Below, piece by piece: positions 22,142-31,206 of a stretch of DNA of 39,382 nt. Both the position numbers and the translations under genes were made by a program. The notes below the pieces were generated by a model. That model saw nothing but the letters and a program-made list of their open reading frames with translations. It had not been told where the DNA came from and searched no databases. The first letter of the stretch is position 1. Every line of letters starts with the position of its first letter. Source of the DNA: Candidatus Xenobia bacterium (lineage in GTDB: Bacteria; Vulcanimicrobiota; Xenobia; Xenobiales; QWHO01); contig BTUM01000073.1 in assembly GCA_045863235.1 (NCBI GenBank), positions 1-39,382 on the forward strand, given 5' to 3'.

Positions 22142-22531
22142 ATGGCTAAGAAAGTCGGCCGTCAGCGCAAGAAGGTCTCCAAGAATATCCCTCGTGGCGT
22201 AGCCCACATCCAGTCGACGTTCAACAATACGATCGTCACCATCACCGACATGCAGGGCAACTCGCTTGCCTGGGCCTCGGCCGGTGGGCTGGGTTTCAAA
22301 GGCTCCCGCAAGAGCACGCCGTTCGCCGCGGGCGTGGCCGCCGAGAAGGCGGCCCAGCTCGCTTCCGAGCACGGTATGCGGACTGTGGAGGTCTACGTCA
22401 ACGGCCCCGGCTCGGGTCGCGAAGCGGCCATCCGCTCGCTCCAGGCCGCCGGCCTCGAAATCAGCTTGATTCGGGATGTCACGCCCATTCCCCACAATGG
22501 CTGCCGCCCGCCCAAGCGTCGTCGCGTGTAA
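22142..22531 (+). CDS. rpsK: 30S ribosomal protein S11
   Basis: [27 protein letters not shown]. Confidence 0.98.
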   Translation: MAKKVGRQRKKVSKNIPRGVAHIQSTFNNTIVTITDMQGNSLAWASAGGLGFKGSRKSTPFAAGVAAEKAAQLASEHGMRTVEVYVNGPGSGREAAIRSLQAAGLEISLIRDVTPIPHNGCRPPKRRRV

Positions 22532-22565
22532 GGCGCGTTTAAGGTAATAGGAGGAGAAAGAAACC

Positions 22566-23195
22566 GTGGCCAGATACACAGGGCCCGTCTGCCGGCTCTG
22601 CCGCAGAGAGCAAACCAAGTTGTTCCTCAAAGGGGAGCGCTGCTTCACCCCCAAGTGCGCCATCGATCGGCGCAACTACCCGCCGGGCCAGCACGGCCCC
22701 GGACGGCAGAAGAAGGTGTCGCAGTACGGCATCCAGCTGCGTGAGAAGCAGAAGCTGCGTCGTATTTACGGGGTCAGCGAGCGCCAGTTCCGTAGCTACT
22801 TTGCCCGCGCCGCCAAGCAGTCGGGTGTGACCGGCGAGGCGTTCTTGCGCTTCCTCGAGCGCCGCCTGGACAACGTGGTGTATCGCCTCGGATTTGCCTA
22901 CAGTCGCTCGGCTGCCCGTCAGCTGGTGGCCCACGGCAACATCCGGGTCAACGGCCGCAAGGTGGACGTTCCTTCCTATCTGGTGCGCCCTGGCGAGCAG
23001 GTGTCGCTCAACGAGAAGCACCGCCAGAACCCGGTCATCCAGCAAGCGGTTCAGAGCGCGTCGGTTCGGGCCATGCCCGTCTGGCTCGAGCTGAATCCCG
23101 AGGTGGTGGAAGGAAAAATCACCGCCCTGCCTAACCGGGGCGACATCGACACGCAGATCAACGAGCAGCTGATCGTCGAGTTCTACTCGCGTTAG
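22566..23195 (+). CDS. rpsD: 30S ribosomal protein S4 (zinc-binding form)
   Basis: [33 protein letters not shown]. Confidence 0.98.
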   Translation: MARYTGPVCRLCRREQTKLFLKGERCFTPKCAIDRRNYPPGQHGPGRQKKVSQYGIQLREKQKLRRIYGVSERQFRSYFARAAKQSGVTGEAFLRFLERRLDNVVYRLGFAYSRSAARQLVAHGNIRVNGRKVDVPSYLVRPGEQVSLNEKHRQNPVIQQAVQSASVRAMPVWLELNPEVVEGKITALPNRGDIDTQINEQLIVEFYSR

Positions 23196-23301
23196 AGTGC
23201 CGCTGGAGGGGCGCCCGAGAAGGCGCTCCTTTGCGCTTTCTCCGCGAAAGTCCGTCAAGCCAACGCACTGAGCGTGGCTGAAGTCAGGGAGAGAAAAAAT
23301 T

Positions 23302-24255
23302 ATGCTGGATACCATTCTGGCCCAGGTGGCCAACCCGGTCGAGTTCGCCGAGCCGCGCGTGGTCTGCGTCGGAGAGAACAAGTTCATCATCGAGCCGCTC
23401 GAGCGCGGTTTCGGCATTACTCTCGGCAATTCGCTGCGCCGGGTCCTCTTGTCGGCTCTGGTGGGCGCGGCCGTGACCCACGTTCGCATCGACGGCGTGC
23501 TGCACGAGTTCTCCACCCTTGACGGCGTCCGCGAGGACACCACCGAGATGATCCTCAACCTCAAGAAGCTCAAGCTCAAGCTCATGACCGACAAGCGCAA
23601 ACTGCTGCGCCTGGAGTCTAGCGGCCCGGGCGTCGTGACTGCGGCCGACATCCTGCCCGACCCCGAGGTGGAGATTCTCAACCCCGACCTTCAGATCGCC
23701 ACGCTCGAGAAGGCTGCTCGCCTGGGCATGGACCTCTACGTTTCGCGCGGCCAGGGCTATGTTCCGGCCGAGAAGCAGTCGAGCCAGGAGCAGGTCATCG
23801 GCATCATCCCGGTGGACTCGATCTTCAGCCCGATTCTGAAGGTCAACTACACCGTCGAGGACACTCGCGTCGGCCAGCGTACCGACTTCGACCGCCTCAA
23901 CCTCGAGGTCTGGACCGATAACAGCCTCAAGCCTTATGAAGCCATCAGCCAGGCCGCGCAGGTTCTGCAAGACCAGCTGTCGCTCTTCACCAACTTGCAG
24001 CCTCCGAGCAAGGTCGACCACGAGCATCGTGGCCCCGAGTCGGAGATGCTGGATACCCCCATCGAAGACCTGGCCCTCTCGGTGCGCTCGATGAACTGCC
24101 TCAAGCGGGCCGGCATCCGCACCGTGGGCGAGCTTCTGACCTACTCCGAGGAGGACGTGATGAAGCTCAAGAACTTCGGCCAGAAGTCGCTCGACGAGAT
24201 CAAGGACAAGCTGATGGAGCGCAATCTGTCGCTCCAGCCCAGCACGCCAGACTGA
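23302..24255 (+). CDS. rpoA: RNA polymerase alpha subunit
   Basis: EPLERGFGITLGNSLRRVLLS, LSVRSMNCLKRAGI, KNFGQKS. Confidence 0.98.
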   Translation: MLDTILAQVANPVEFAEPRVVCVGENKFIIEPLERGFGITLGNSLRRVLLSALVGAAVTHVRIDGVLHEFSTLDGVREDTTEMILNLKKLKLKLMTDKRKLLRLESSGPGVVTAADILPDPEVEILNPDLQIATLEKAARLGMDLYVSRGQGYVPAEKQSSQEQVIGIIPVDSIFSPILKVNYTVEDTRVGQRTDFDRLNLEVWTDNSLKPYEAISQAAQVLQDQLSLFTNLQPPSKVDHEHRGPESEMLDTPIEDLALSVRSMNCLKRAGIRTVGELLTYSEEDVMKLKNFGQKSLDEIKDKLMERNLSLQPSTPD

Positions 24256-24264
24256 GGAGACGCC

Positions 24265-24696
24265 ATGAGACACCGAGTCAAATCCCGCACCCTGGGTCGC
24301 CAGACCGGACATCGGCTGGCCATGCTGCGTAACATGGCCAAGTCGCTGCTGCAGCACGGGCGCATCAGTACCACCGAGACCCGGGCCAAAGAGCTTGCCA
24401 AGTACGTGGCTGGTCTGATCACCGATGCCAGGCGAGCCCATCAGTTCAAGGACGATAAGGACAAGGCCCTCAGCCACAAGCGGAACGTCTTCCGCCACCT
24501 CCCTGGCGCCGAGCGCCGCGGGGTCGGGCGCAATGACCGCGACGTGGCCGAGAACCTCTTTGCAACCCTGGCTCCCAAGTTCGCGGCCCGCGAGGCCAAG
24601 ACCGGGAACGGGGGCGGCTACACCCGAATCATGAAGCTCGGCTTCCGTAAGGGAGATGGGGCCCCCATGGCCCTGATCGAGCTGGTTCTCGACTGA
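24265..24696 (+). CDS. rplQ: 50S ribosomal protein L17
   Basis: MRHR..LGR, TTETRAKE, GGYTRI, GDGAPMALIEL. Confidence 0.97.
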   Translation: MRHRVKSRTLGRQTGHRLAMLRNMAKSLLQHGRISTTETRAKELAKYVAGLITDARRAHQFKDDKDKALSHKRNVFRHLPGAERRGVGRNDRDVAENLFATLAPKFAAREAKTGNGGGYTRIMKLGFRKGDGAPMALIELVLD

Positions 24697-25064
24697 CGCT
24701 TTACCTCGGGGTGGCACTGCTGGGCGCGCTGGGTTCTCTGGCCCGCTTTGCTGTTTCTTTGTGGCTGCCTCGGGCAGCCGGCGGTTTTCCCTGGGCCACG
24801 CTGATGGTCAACGTTCTGGGTTGCTTGCTGTTCGGGCTGGTGTGGGCCCTGGCCGAGGAGCGGAAGCTGCTCACGCCGGCGCAGCGCATCTGGTTGTCTG
24901 CTGGCTTTCTGGGAGGCTTCACCACCTTCTCCTCGTTCGGCTACGAGACCATCGAAATGGTACGCCAGGGTGAAGTCATGCGGGCCGGCGCGCACGTGCT
25001 GGTGCAGAACACGCTCGGCCCGCTGGCGGTCTTGCTCGGTTACCATCTGGGCGAGCGCCCCTGA
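24693..25064 (+). CDS. crcB: Fluoride channel Fluc/CrcB (start CTG 24693 or GTG 24711)
   Basis: GALGSLARF, FPWATLMVNVLG, GFLGGFTTFSSF signature, four TM segments. Confidence 0.92.
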   Translation: MTLYLGVALLGALGSLARFAVSLWLPRAAGGFPWATLMVNVLGCLLFGLVWALAEERKLLTPAQRIWLSAGFLGGFTTFSSFGYETIEMVRQGEVMRAGAHVLVQNTLGPLAVLLGYHLGERP

Positions 25065-25068
25065 CTCT

Positions 25069-25647
25069 TCAGGTCTCAAGCTGCGGGTGATAACTTCCCA
25101 CGCTCATTTCGAAGGTCCAGGCGACCGCATCGGCACAACGCACCATCGTCGGGGGGACGCGCAGAAGGTAATCCTGACCGGTGCTCGGGCAGACCACCTC
25201 CACGGCCACGATCGGCTCGTCATCCACGAAGTCCCAGACAAGAAGCCGTCGCTGCATTCCCTGAGCATCCTGGTCACGGTCGACCACCGCCGCGGTGCTC
25301 AGGCTCCTCAGATTCTTGAGGCCCACCCAGGCGACCAGACGGCGCCGCACACGGACGGTCCAGCTGGTGTAGAACTCGGGGAGGCAGACCGCAGCCACCC
25401 CGAACCCCACCGCGGCGCTCCCGTGGAGCAGCTTGATGCCCAGCTTCGGGTGCAGCATCACAAGGCCAGCCACCAGCAGGGCTAACGCCCTTCCCAGCCG
25501 GTTTCCACCCTGCAAGCCGAACAGGCAGGTCAGGACCAAGAGCGCCAGGGGCAATCCCAACAGGCTCTGCAGGACGAAGTCGGGAAAGGAGCGGCCCAGG
25601 GCGGCCACCACCATGCCCACTGCCACCCAGTAGTGTCCGCTAGTCAT
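25069..25647 (-). CDS. Membrane-anchored protein with DUF6745-like C-terminal domain
   Basis: Hydrophobic N-terminal half; C-terminal EPIVAVEVVCPSTGQDYLLRVPP...CADAVAWTF...Y.P..ET pattern recalled from DUF6745-type proteins. Confidence 0.75.
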   Translation of the reverse strand: MTSGHYWVAVGMVVAALGRSFPDFVLQSLLGLPLALLVLTCLFGLQGGNRLGRALALLVAGLVMLHPKLGIKLLHGSAAVGFGVAAVCLPEFYTSWTVRVRRRLVAWVGLKNLRSLSTAAVVDRDQDAQGMQRRLLVWDFVDDEPIVAVEVVCPSTGQDYLLRVPPTMVRCADAVAWTFEMSVGSYHPQLET

Positions 25648-25936
25648 AGATGGGACGGGGTGGGGCGGCAGGCCGATACTCGCGTTGGTGGATGACGCGG
25701 TAGTGGCCGCTGGGCAACTCGAGGGTGCGATGCTCGGGGTGGGTGATCCGGGCCTGGTCGCCGATCTTGAAGATCAGCTGTCCGTTGGAGAGAAAGAGCT
25801 CTCCCGGCGCTTCAAGAACATGCCGGTGGCCGAGTTTCTCGCCCTCTCCCAGCACGTTGGTGGGAAGCCGAAGAGCATCCTCGGGCCAGAAGTTGATCTG
25901 AACAAAGAGCAGGTCCCCCTGGCGATAGTGCATCAT
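25640..25936 (-). CDS. Conserved hypothetical His-rich protein (YRQGD...GE..GH.H...H.EH...LP.G.Y....QREY)
   Basis: ggagg SD; 8-nt overlap with the downstream gene; motif pattern recalled as the usual partner of DUF6745-type genes. Confidence 0.82.
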   Translation of the reverse strand: MMHYRQGDLLFVQINFWPEDALRLPTNVLGEGEKLGHRHVLEAPGELFLSNGQLIFKIGDQARITHPEHRTLELPSGHYRVIHQREYRPAAPPRPIYD

Positions 25937-26158
25937 GACTGCCTCCAGATTCGATGTCCACTGTTTCTTTTGGGGGCCCCAACCAAGAATAGCCGCTCGA
26001 TGTTAGGATTTCGTTTCCGAGAGGTAACCGGCAGGTGAACATGTTTCCGGGATGTTGCCAGGTTTGACGGTACTCCCGCCCAGGCCAACCCGGCTGGTCT
26101 GGACATGGTCTGGTTTGTTAAAAAGGTTTGCTGCCCGCCTGGAGGAACCGCGCCAGGA

Positions 26159-26953
26159 ATGATTGTGGTACGCGACCTCTCCTTTGCCTATCCGGGGGGT
26201 CACCCTGTCTTGCAGGGGATCGACCTGGAGCTGGCCCCGGGCGAGCTGGTGGTGCTGACCGGGCCCAATGGATGTGGCAAGACGACCCTGGCTCGGCACT
26301 TGAACGGCCTGCTGCTGCCTCAGCAAGGGACGGTGCAGGTGGATGACCTGCCCACTTCGCAGGCCGAAGTGCGCCGTCTGGTGGGGATGGTCTTTCAAGA
26401 GCCGGAGAGCCAGATCGTGGCCCCCGTCGTGGAGGAAGACGTAGCCTTTGGCCTGGAGAATCTGGGCCTGCCCCGCGAGGAGATGCGCAGGCGAGTGGAG
26501 TGGGCCCTGGAGAGACTGGACCTGACGGCGGTCCGTCGCTCTGAGCCCCACCTTCTGTCGGGCGGCCAGAAGCAGCGGCTCGCGCTGGCCTCGGTGCTGG
26601 CCATGAAGCCGCGCTACCTGGTGCTGGACGAGCCTACGACCATGCTCGATCCCTGGTCGCGCCGTGAGGTGCTGGAGCTGCTCGGTGACCTGCGCAAGAC
26701 CGAGGGGATCGCGATCATCCTGGTCACCCACCGCCTGGAGGAGGCGCTGGAAGCCGACCGGGTCGTGGTTCTGGCCAACGGGCGGGTCCGCTTTCAGGGC
26801 TCCCCGGCGGCCCTCTTTGGGCAGCTCGAGCTGTTGACCGAGCTGGGCCTGGAGCTGCCCGATCTCGTGCGTCTGGTCGTCAGCCTGCGTGAGCAGGGCT
26901 TCGACCCCCCCATGGGGGAAGGCCAGCTCACAGACTGGGTGCTCGGACAATGA
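26159..26953 (+). CDS. ecfA1: ECF transporter ATPase A1 (CbiO/EcfA family)
   Basis: GPNGCGKTT, VFQEPESQIV..VEEDVAFG, LSGGQKQR, LDEPT; start probably ATG 26159. Confidence 0.9.
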   Translation: MIVVRDLSFAYPGGHPVLQGIDLELAPGELVVLTGPNGCGKTTLARHLNGLLLPQQGTVQVDDLPTSQAEVRRLVGMVFQEPESQIVAPVVEEDVAFGLENLGLPREEMRRRVEWALERLDLTAVRRSEPHLLSGGQKQRLALASVLAMKPRYLVLDEPTTMLDPWSRREVLELLGDLRKTEGIAIILVTHRLEEALEADRVVVLANGRVRFQGSPAALFGQLELLTELGLELPDLVRLVVSLREQGFDPPMGEGQLTDWVLGQ

Positions 26954-27804
26954 TCGAGATCGTCGGCCTGGAGCACGTCTACATGCGCGGCACTCCCTTC
27001 CAGACCCGGGCCCTCAACGGCATCGACCTGCGCGTGCGCTCCGGCGAGGGTGTGGCCCTGGCCGGGGCTACCGGCAGCGGCAAGACCACCTTGTTGCTGC
27101 ACCTCAACGGCTTGTTACGACCCCATGCAGGCAGCGTCCGGGTCGGGGGCACCCGGGTGGGGGAGAGAGGCGGCGACCTGCTCGAGCTTCGCCGGCGGGT
27201 AGGAGTGCTGTTTCAGTTCCCCGAGCAGCAGCTCTTCGAGGAGACGCTGGCCGAGGACGTGGCCTACGGCCCCCGCAATTTCGGGGTGCGGGGGAGCGAG
27301 CTGGCCGAGCGGGTGGATGAGGCCCTGCTGAAAGTGGGACTTGATCCCGTCCGCTACCGGCCGCGTTCGGTGCACGAGCTGTCGGGAGGAGAGAAGCGCC
27401 TGGCGGCCCTGGCCGGGGCTCTGGCCAGCCGGCCTGAGGTGCTGGTTCTGGATGAGCCCACGGCGGGCCTGGATGGCCGGGCCAGGCGGGCCCTGCTGGA
27501 GAGCCTGGCTCGCTGGCGCGCCGAGGAAGGCCTGACCCTGGTGATCGTCTCGCATCACCTGGAGGAGCTACCCGACCTGGTGGAGCGCCTGGTGGTGCTG
27601 GCCCAGGGCAAGGTGGTCGGGGACGGGCCGCTGGAGGAGCTTTTTGGGCGCGAGGAATGGATGAGCCAGCATCGTCTGGAAGTGCCTCCTGTCACCCGGT
27701 TGGCCGCCAGGCTCCGGGATGCCGGTCGGCCGGTGGAGCGGCTCTGGTTGACGGTCGAGCAAGCCGAGCGGGGTTTATCCCGAATGCTGCAAGGGGGGCG
27801 CTAG
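26950..27804 (+). CDS. ecfA2: ECF transporter ATPase A2
   Basis: YMRGTPF N-terminus typical of EcfA2, GATGSGKTT, FQFPEQQLFEET, LSGGEKR, LDEPTAGLD. Confidence 0.92.
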   Translation: MIEIVGLEHVYMRGTPFQTRALNGIDLRVRSGEGVALAGATGSGKTTLLLHLNGLLRPHAGSVRVGGTRVGERGGDLLELRRRVGVLFQFPEQQLFEETLAEDVAYGPRNFGVRGSELAERVDEALLKVGLDPVRYRPRSVHELSGGEKRLAALAGALASRPEVLVLDEPTAGLDGRARRALLESLARWRAEEGLTLVIVSHHLEELPDLVERLVVLAQGKVVGDGPLEELFGREEWMSQHRLEVPPVTRLAARLRDAGRPVERLWLTVEQAERGLSRMLQGGR

Positions 27805-28424
27805 TGGATCAAAGGCACCGACAGCTTTGTATCGAGCAGGCCCAGGCCATGCTGGATGTGGCTGCCCTGACCGATCAACTGGAGGCCTTCAGCTGGACCG
27901 AGGTATCCCGCCAGGAGGCCCTGCGGGCCGCCGGCTGGCTGCGCGACCAGGCGGCCCGCATTCGGCGCCGGGTGGAGTCGGACTCGGGTGACCTGCCCCT
28001 GGGCCGACTGCGGGTCCGCACGCTCAAGCTGGAGAAGATCCTGACCGACCTGGCTCAGAATGAGAGCCGCTTGCAGCAGGTTCGGATGGACCTGGCTGCC
28101 GAGCAGATGAGTCCCGAGCGGGCCCAGCGCCTGACGGTCGAGCTGCAGGACCAGCTCGACTCTGTGCGCGGTCAGCTGCGCGCTTTCCACGAAGAGGGTC
28201 GGGCCCGCAAGCTTTACGACGATCTGGCTCAGGTGCTGCGCGACCTGACCGAGCGCGAGACCCGCCGGGGTCAGCTTCAGGAGGCCGAGCGTTACCGCGA
28301 CCTGGCGCGTCGCTTCGAGACGCGGTTGGACGCCGGCGAGTTCGACGCCCCCCGACCGCCCGAGGAGGACGAGCGGGACCGGAAGGTGCTGGAATACTTC
28401 CAGGAGCTTCTGGACGAGCCATAA
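27804..28424 (+). CDS. Hypothetical charged alpha-helical/coiled-coil protein (206 aa)
   Basis: GTG overlapping ecfA2 TAG; host-like codon usage; E/R/L/Q-rich with no TM segment; ends at a terminator. Confidence 0.75.
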   Translation: MDQRHRQLCIEQAQAMLDVAALTDQLEAFSWTEVSRQEALRAAGWLRDQAARIRRRVESDSGDLPLGRLRVRTLKLEKILTDLAQNESRLQQVRMDLAAEQMSPERAQRLTVELQDQLDSVRGQLRAFHEEGRARKLYDDLAQVLRDLTERETRRGQLQEAERYRDLARRFETRLDAGEFDAPRPPEEDERDRKVLEYFQELLDEP

Positions 28425-28425
28425 A

Positions 28426-28459
28426 GAAAAGAGCCCCGACACTCGTCGGGGCTCTTTTC
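28426..28459. terminator. Bidirectional intrinsic terminator
   Basis: gaaaagagccccgac-actc-gtcggggctcttttc between convergent genes. Confidence 0.92.
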
Positions 28460-28468
28460 GAGCTCAGC

Positions 28469-31162
28469 TCAGGGGGCCTGGAAGACCTGCTGGCCGGCCA
28501 GGTATGTCCCCAGCACGTTGATGCTGGTGATCTGGGTCGGGGCGACGGCGGTCGGATCCTGATCCAGAATCACCAGGTCGGCCAGCTTGCCGACTTCCAG
28601 AGTTCCCACCTGGCGATCCAGGAACATCATGCGAGCGGCATTGATGGTGACCGTGTCGATGGCGTCCTCAACCGAAATGATCTCGTCTGGACCCAGCACC
28701 TGCTGGGGGGGGACCTGCCAGAGGCGGGTCGTGAGAGTCTGGATGTTGCGCAGAGGGTTGGGGCTGCTGACCGGAGAGTCGGAGTGGGTGGAGACGTTCA
28801 CGCCGGCATCCAGCAGCGAGCGCACGGGGTCGATATGGCGGGCCACGTCCGCTCCAAGCAGGGTGTCGTTCAGGACTTTGCCCCAGAAGAAGACGTGGCC
28901 GATGGTATGGCTGATCTCCAGCTCCAATTCGCGGGCGGTGGCCACGTGCTCGGCCAGCTCGGAAGTCTGGTGCACGGTGAAGTGCTCAATCCGGGTGCGA
29001 GGGTCAGGTCGCGGATTGTTGGCTCGCAGCATCCTCACCACCGAAAAGACCTGATCCTGAGCGCGATCGCCGTTGGTGTGGAAGCAGATCTGGAATCCCT
29101 GGTCATAGATCGGCTGGGCCAGGCTCAGCAGGGCCATATCGGAGGCGAAATCCAGCAGGCCATTGGGAGCGACCGGGAAGGGGCCGGGGAAGATGTAATT
29201 AAAGTTGAGTCCGGCGGTGAGGCCCTGAGTCGACCCATCGGTGATGAACTTGGCCCCGATGACCCGCAGTTTATCGTATCCCTCGCCGGCAAAGACGTTC
29301 AGGGTATCGTCCATGAGAAAGGCGTCGATGTAGCAGCGAATGCGGACCGGGTTGCTGGGGTCGAGCTCCAGGAGCCCGAAGACATCAAGCTCGCCGTTGA
29401 TGCCCAGGGCCGAGCCGGTCAACTGGTCGGAGGCCGTGGTGATGCCCTGGGCGGCCAGGACGTCCATCAAGACCTCAAATTGCTCGAGATACTGGATTTT
29501 TGCTTCCACAGTGTTGGTGATCCCCTGGAGGGCCGCCTGAATGAAGATGTTCTGAGCCGTTTCATTGATCTGGCCGGTGGGCAGGCCCGTGTTGGGGTCC
29601 ACCACGATGAACTGCCCGATGTCGGGCGGGGGCGTGTAAGGCGGATTGGGCGCGGTGGGCCAGGTCCCGGTCACGCGGAAGGCGGCGCTGTTGACATAGG
29701 AGATGTGCTGGGAGGCGTTCTGCACGACGATGGGGACCGTCGTCGAGATGGCGTCGAGCTGATCCAGAGTGAGATTTTGCATGAGCTCGGCTGGGACCAG
29801 TCGGGAGGGATCGAATCCGAACCCGTAGATTGCCTCAGCGTCGGGAGCTGCCTGGAGGGCCTGGGTGAGCCCGTCCAGGGCACTCTGAATGGTGTTGTTC
29901 AGGCCCTCGTTGCCGCAGGACACGACCTGGGGGTTGACGTTCGCCATCAGGGTGAGGGCGGTCAGGTTGAGGTGCATGTGAGGCTCGATGAAGCCCGGCA
30001 AACACGTGTTGCCGGCCAGGGAGACGACCTCGGTGACCGGTCCCTGAAACCGATTGACCGCGGCATTGGGACCGATGGCCAGGATGCGGCCGTCCATGAC
30101 GGCCAGCGCCTGAGCGCGAGAATTGGCCGGGTCGAGGGTCAGAAAGTTGCCGTTCTGAAGGATCGTATCGGCCACCGTGGGGCGCAGGGCGAAGGTCAGG
30201 CGAGCGGGGCCGCCGAGATAGGCCCAGGCCACCTCTCGCACCACGTTGCCTGCCACCGCGAGCGTCACGACGTTGGTGCGCGCCACGGTCACGACGAGCC
30301 CGCCCGCGTTGATGGAAAGCTGACCGGCCGAAAGTTGCAGGTCGGCCGCATTGTTGGCCAGGTTGCCGCTGAAGGTGAAGGGAACGGTCGTGAGCACCGA
30401 GACGTCCCCGCTCAACCCGTTCACGTTGCTCAGGCTCAGGCTGCCGTTGTAGGTCGAGGTGCAGCTGGCATTGGCCCCACCCAGAGCCATCTCATTGGTG
30501 ATCACGAAGTCGTCGTAGGTGACCGAGCGGCCCTTGAGCAGGTCCGAAACCGTCATGCTGGAGTCCCAGGTGACCCCGAAGGTGTTGCCGGCCCTGCTGA
30601 CCTCGAGGTCGGCTGGCCCGTTGAAGGTCCAGGTCACGTCGGGAGTCTCGAAACTGAGGGCCTGAAAACTGAGGCTGGCCGAGTAGTTCCCGGTTTCGAG
30701 GCTGCCGGTGGTCACGACCGCCTGAAGCTCACCGTTCAGCGTGCCCTGCACCGTGCGCAGAGCGTTGCAGCGGGCCACCAGGGCGTTGGCCGGCCCTCGA
30801 GTGATGACCAGGCTGCCCCCCAGCGGGCTCTCGACAGTGCCCACCCCGTTGGCCAGGACGCTGAGCGCCAGGGCCATGGAGGCGGAGTTGGGCGAGCTGG
30901 CTGAGAGCTGGGGAAGGCTGCCGGCCTCTCCGGCGCGGGCCGTGATTCCCAGCGTCGAGTCGGGCAAGATCGCCTCCACGGCGCCGAAGCTGACCAGTCC
31001 CGAGGCGACCGCGCTGGCGCGCTGGGGGGTGACCTGGATGGGGACGCCCCCTGGTTGGGGTGGAACCGGATTCACAGGAGCGTTCCCCAGGGCCACGTTC
31101 TCAGATGAGGAGCACCCGGAAACCCCCCAGAGAAGGATCAGCAACAACAGAAGTCTTCGCAC
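28469..31162 (-). CDS. Lipoprotein: N-terminal beta-rich domain fused to amidohydrolase-3 (YtcJ-like) domain
   Basis: Lipobox VSGC; PGFIEPHMH, K.ITDGS, HTNGDRA, RIEH, HSDSP, GTLEVGKLADLVILD. Confidence 0.88.
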   Translation of the reverse strand: MRRLLLLLILLWGVSGCSSSENVALGNAPVNPVPPQPGGVPIQVTPQRASAVASGLVSFGAVEAILPDSTLGITARAGEAGSLPQLSASSPNSASMALALSVLANGVGTVESPLGGSLVITRGPANALVARCNALRTVQGTLNGELQAVVTTGSLETGNYSASLSFQALSFETPDVTWTFNGPADLEVSRAGNTFGVTWDSSMTVSDLLKGRSVTYDDFVITNEMALGGANASCTSTYNGSLSLSNVNGLSGDVSVLTTVPFTFSGNLANNAADLQLSAGQLSINAGGLVVTVARTNVVTLAVAGNVVREVAWAYLGGPARLTFALRPTVADTILQNGNFLTLDPANSRAQALAVMDGRILAIGPNAAVNRFQGPVTEVVSLAGNTCLPGFIEPHMHLNLTALTLMANVNPQVVSCGNEGLNNTIQSALDGLTQALQAAPDAEAIYGFGFDPSRLVPAELMQNLTLDQLDAISTTVPIVVQNASQHISYVNSAAFRVTGTWPTAPNPPYTPPPDIGQFIVVDPNTGLPTGQINETAQNIFIQAALQGITNTVEAKIQYLEQFEVLMDVLAAQGITTASDQLTGSALGINGELDVFGLLELDPSNPVRIRCYIDAFLMDDTLNVFAGEGYDKLRVIGAKFITDGSTQGLTAGLNFNYIFPGPFPVAPNGLLDFASDMALLSLAQPIYDQGFQICFHTNGDRAQDQVFSVVRMLRANNPRPDPRTRIEHFTVHQTSELAEHVATARELELEISHTIGHVFFWGKVLNDTLLGADVARHIDPVRSLLDAGVNVSTHSDSPVSSPNPLRNIQTLTTRLWQVPPQQVLGPDEIISVEDAIDTVTINAARMMFLDRQVGTLEVGKLADLVILDQDPTAVAPTQITSINVLGTYLAGQQVFQAP

Positions 31163-31206
31163 ATTGCCTCCGCCAGATTTGATGGCGTCGGCGCTTCGCG
31201 AGGAGG

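Noticed and set aside
26036..26049. LexA-like box tgaacatgtttccg in the divergent intergenic region
   Set aside because: Right half-site does not fit GAAC-N4-GTTC; single weak match
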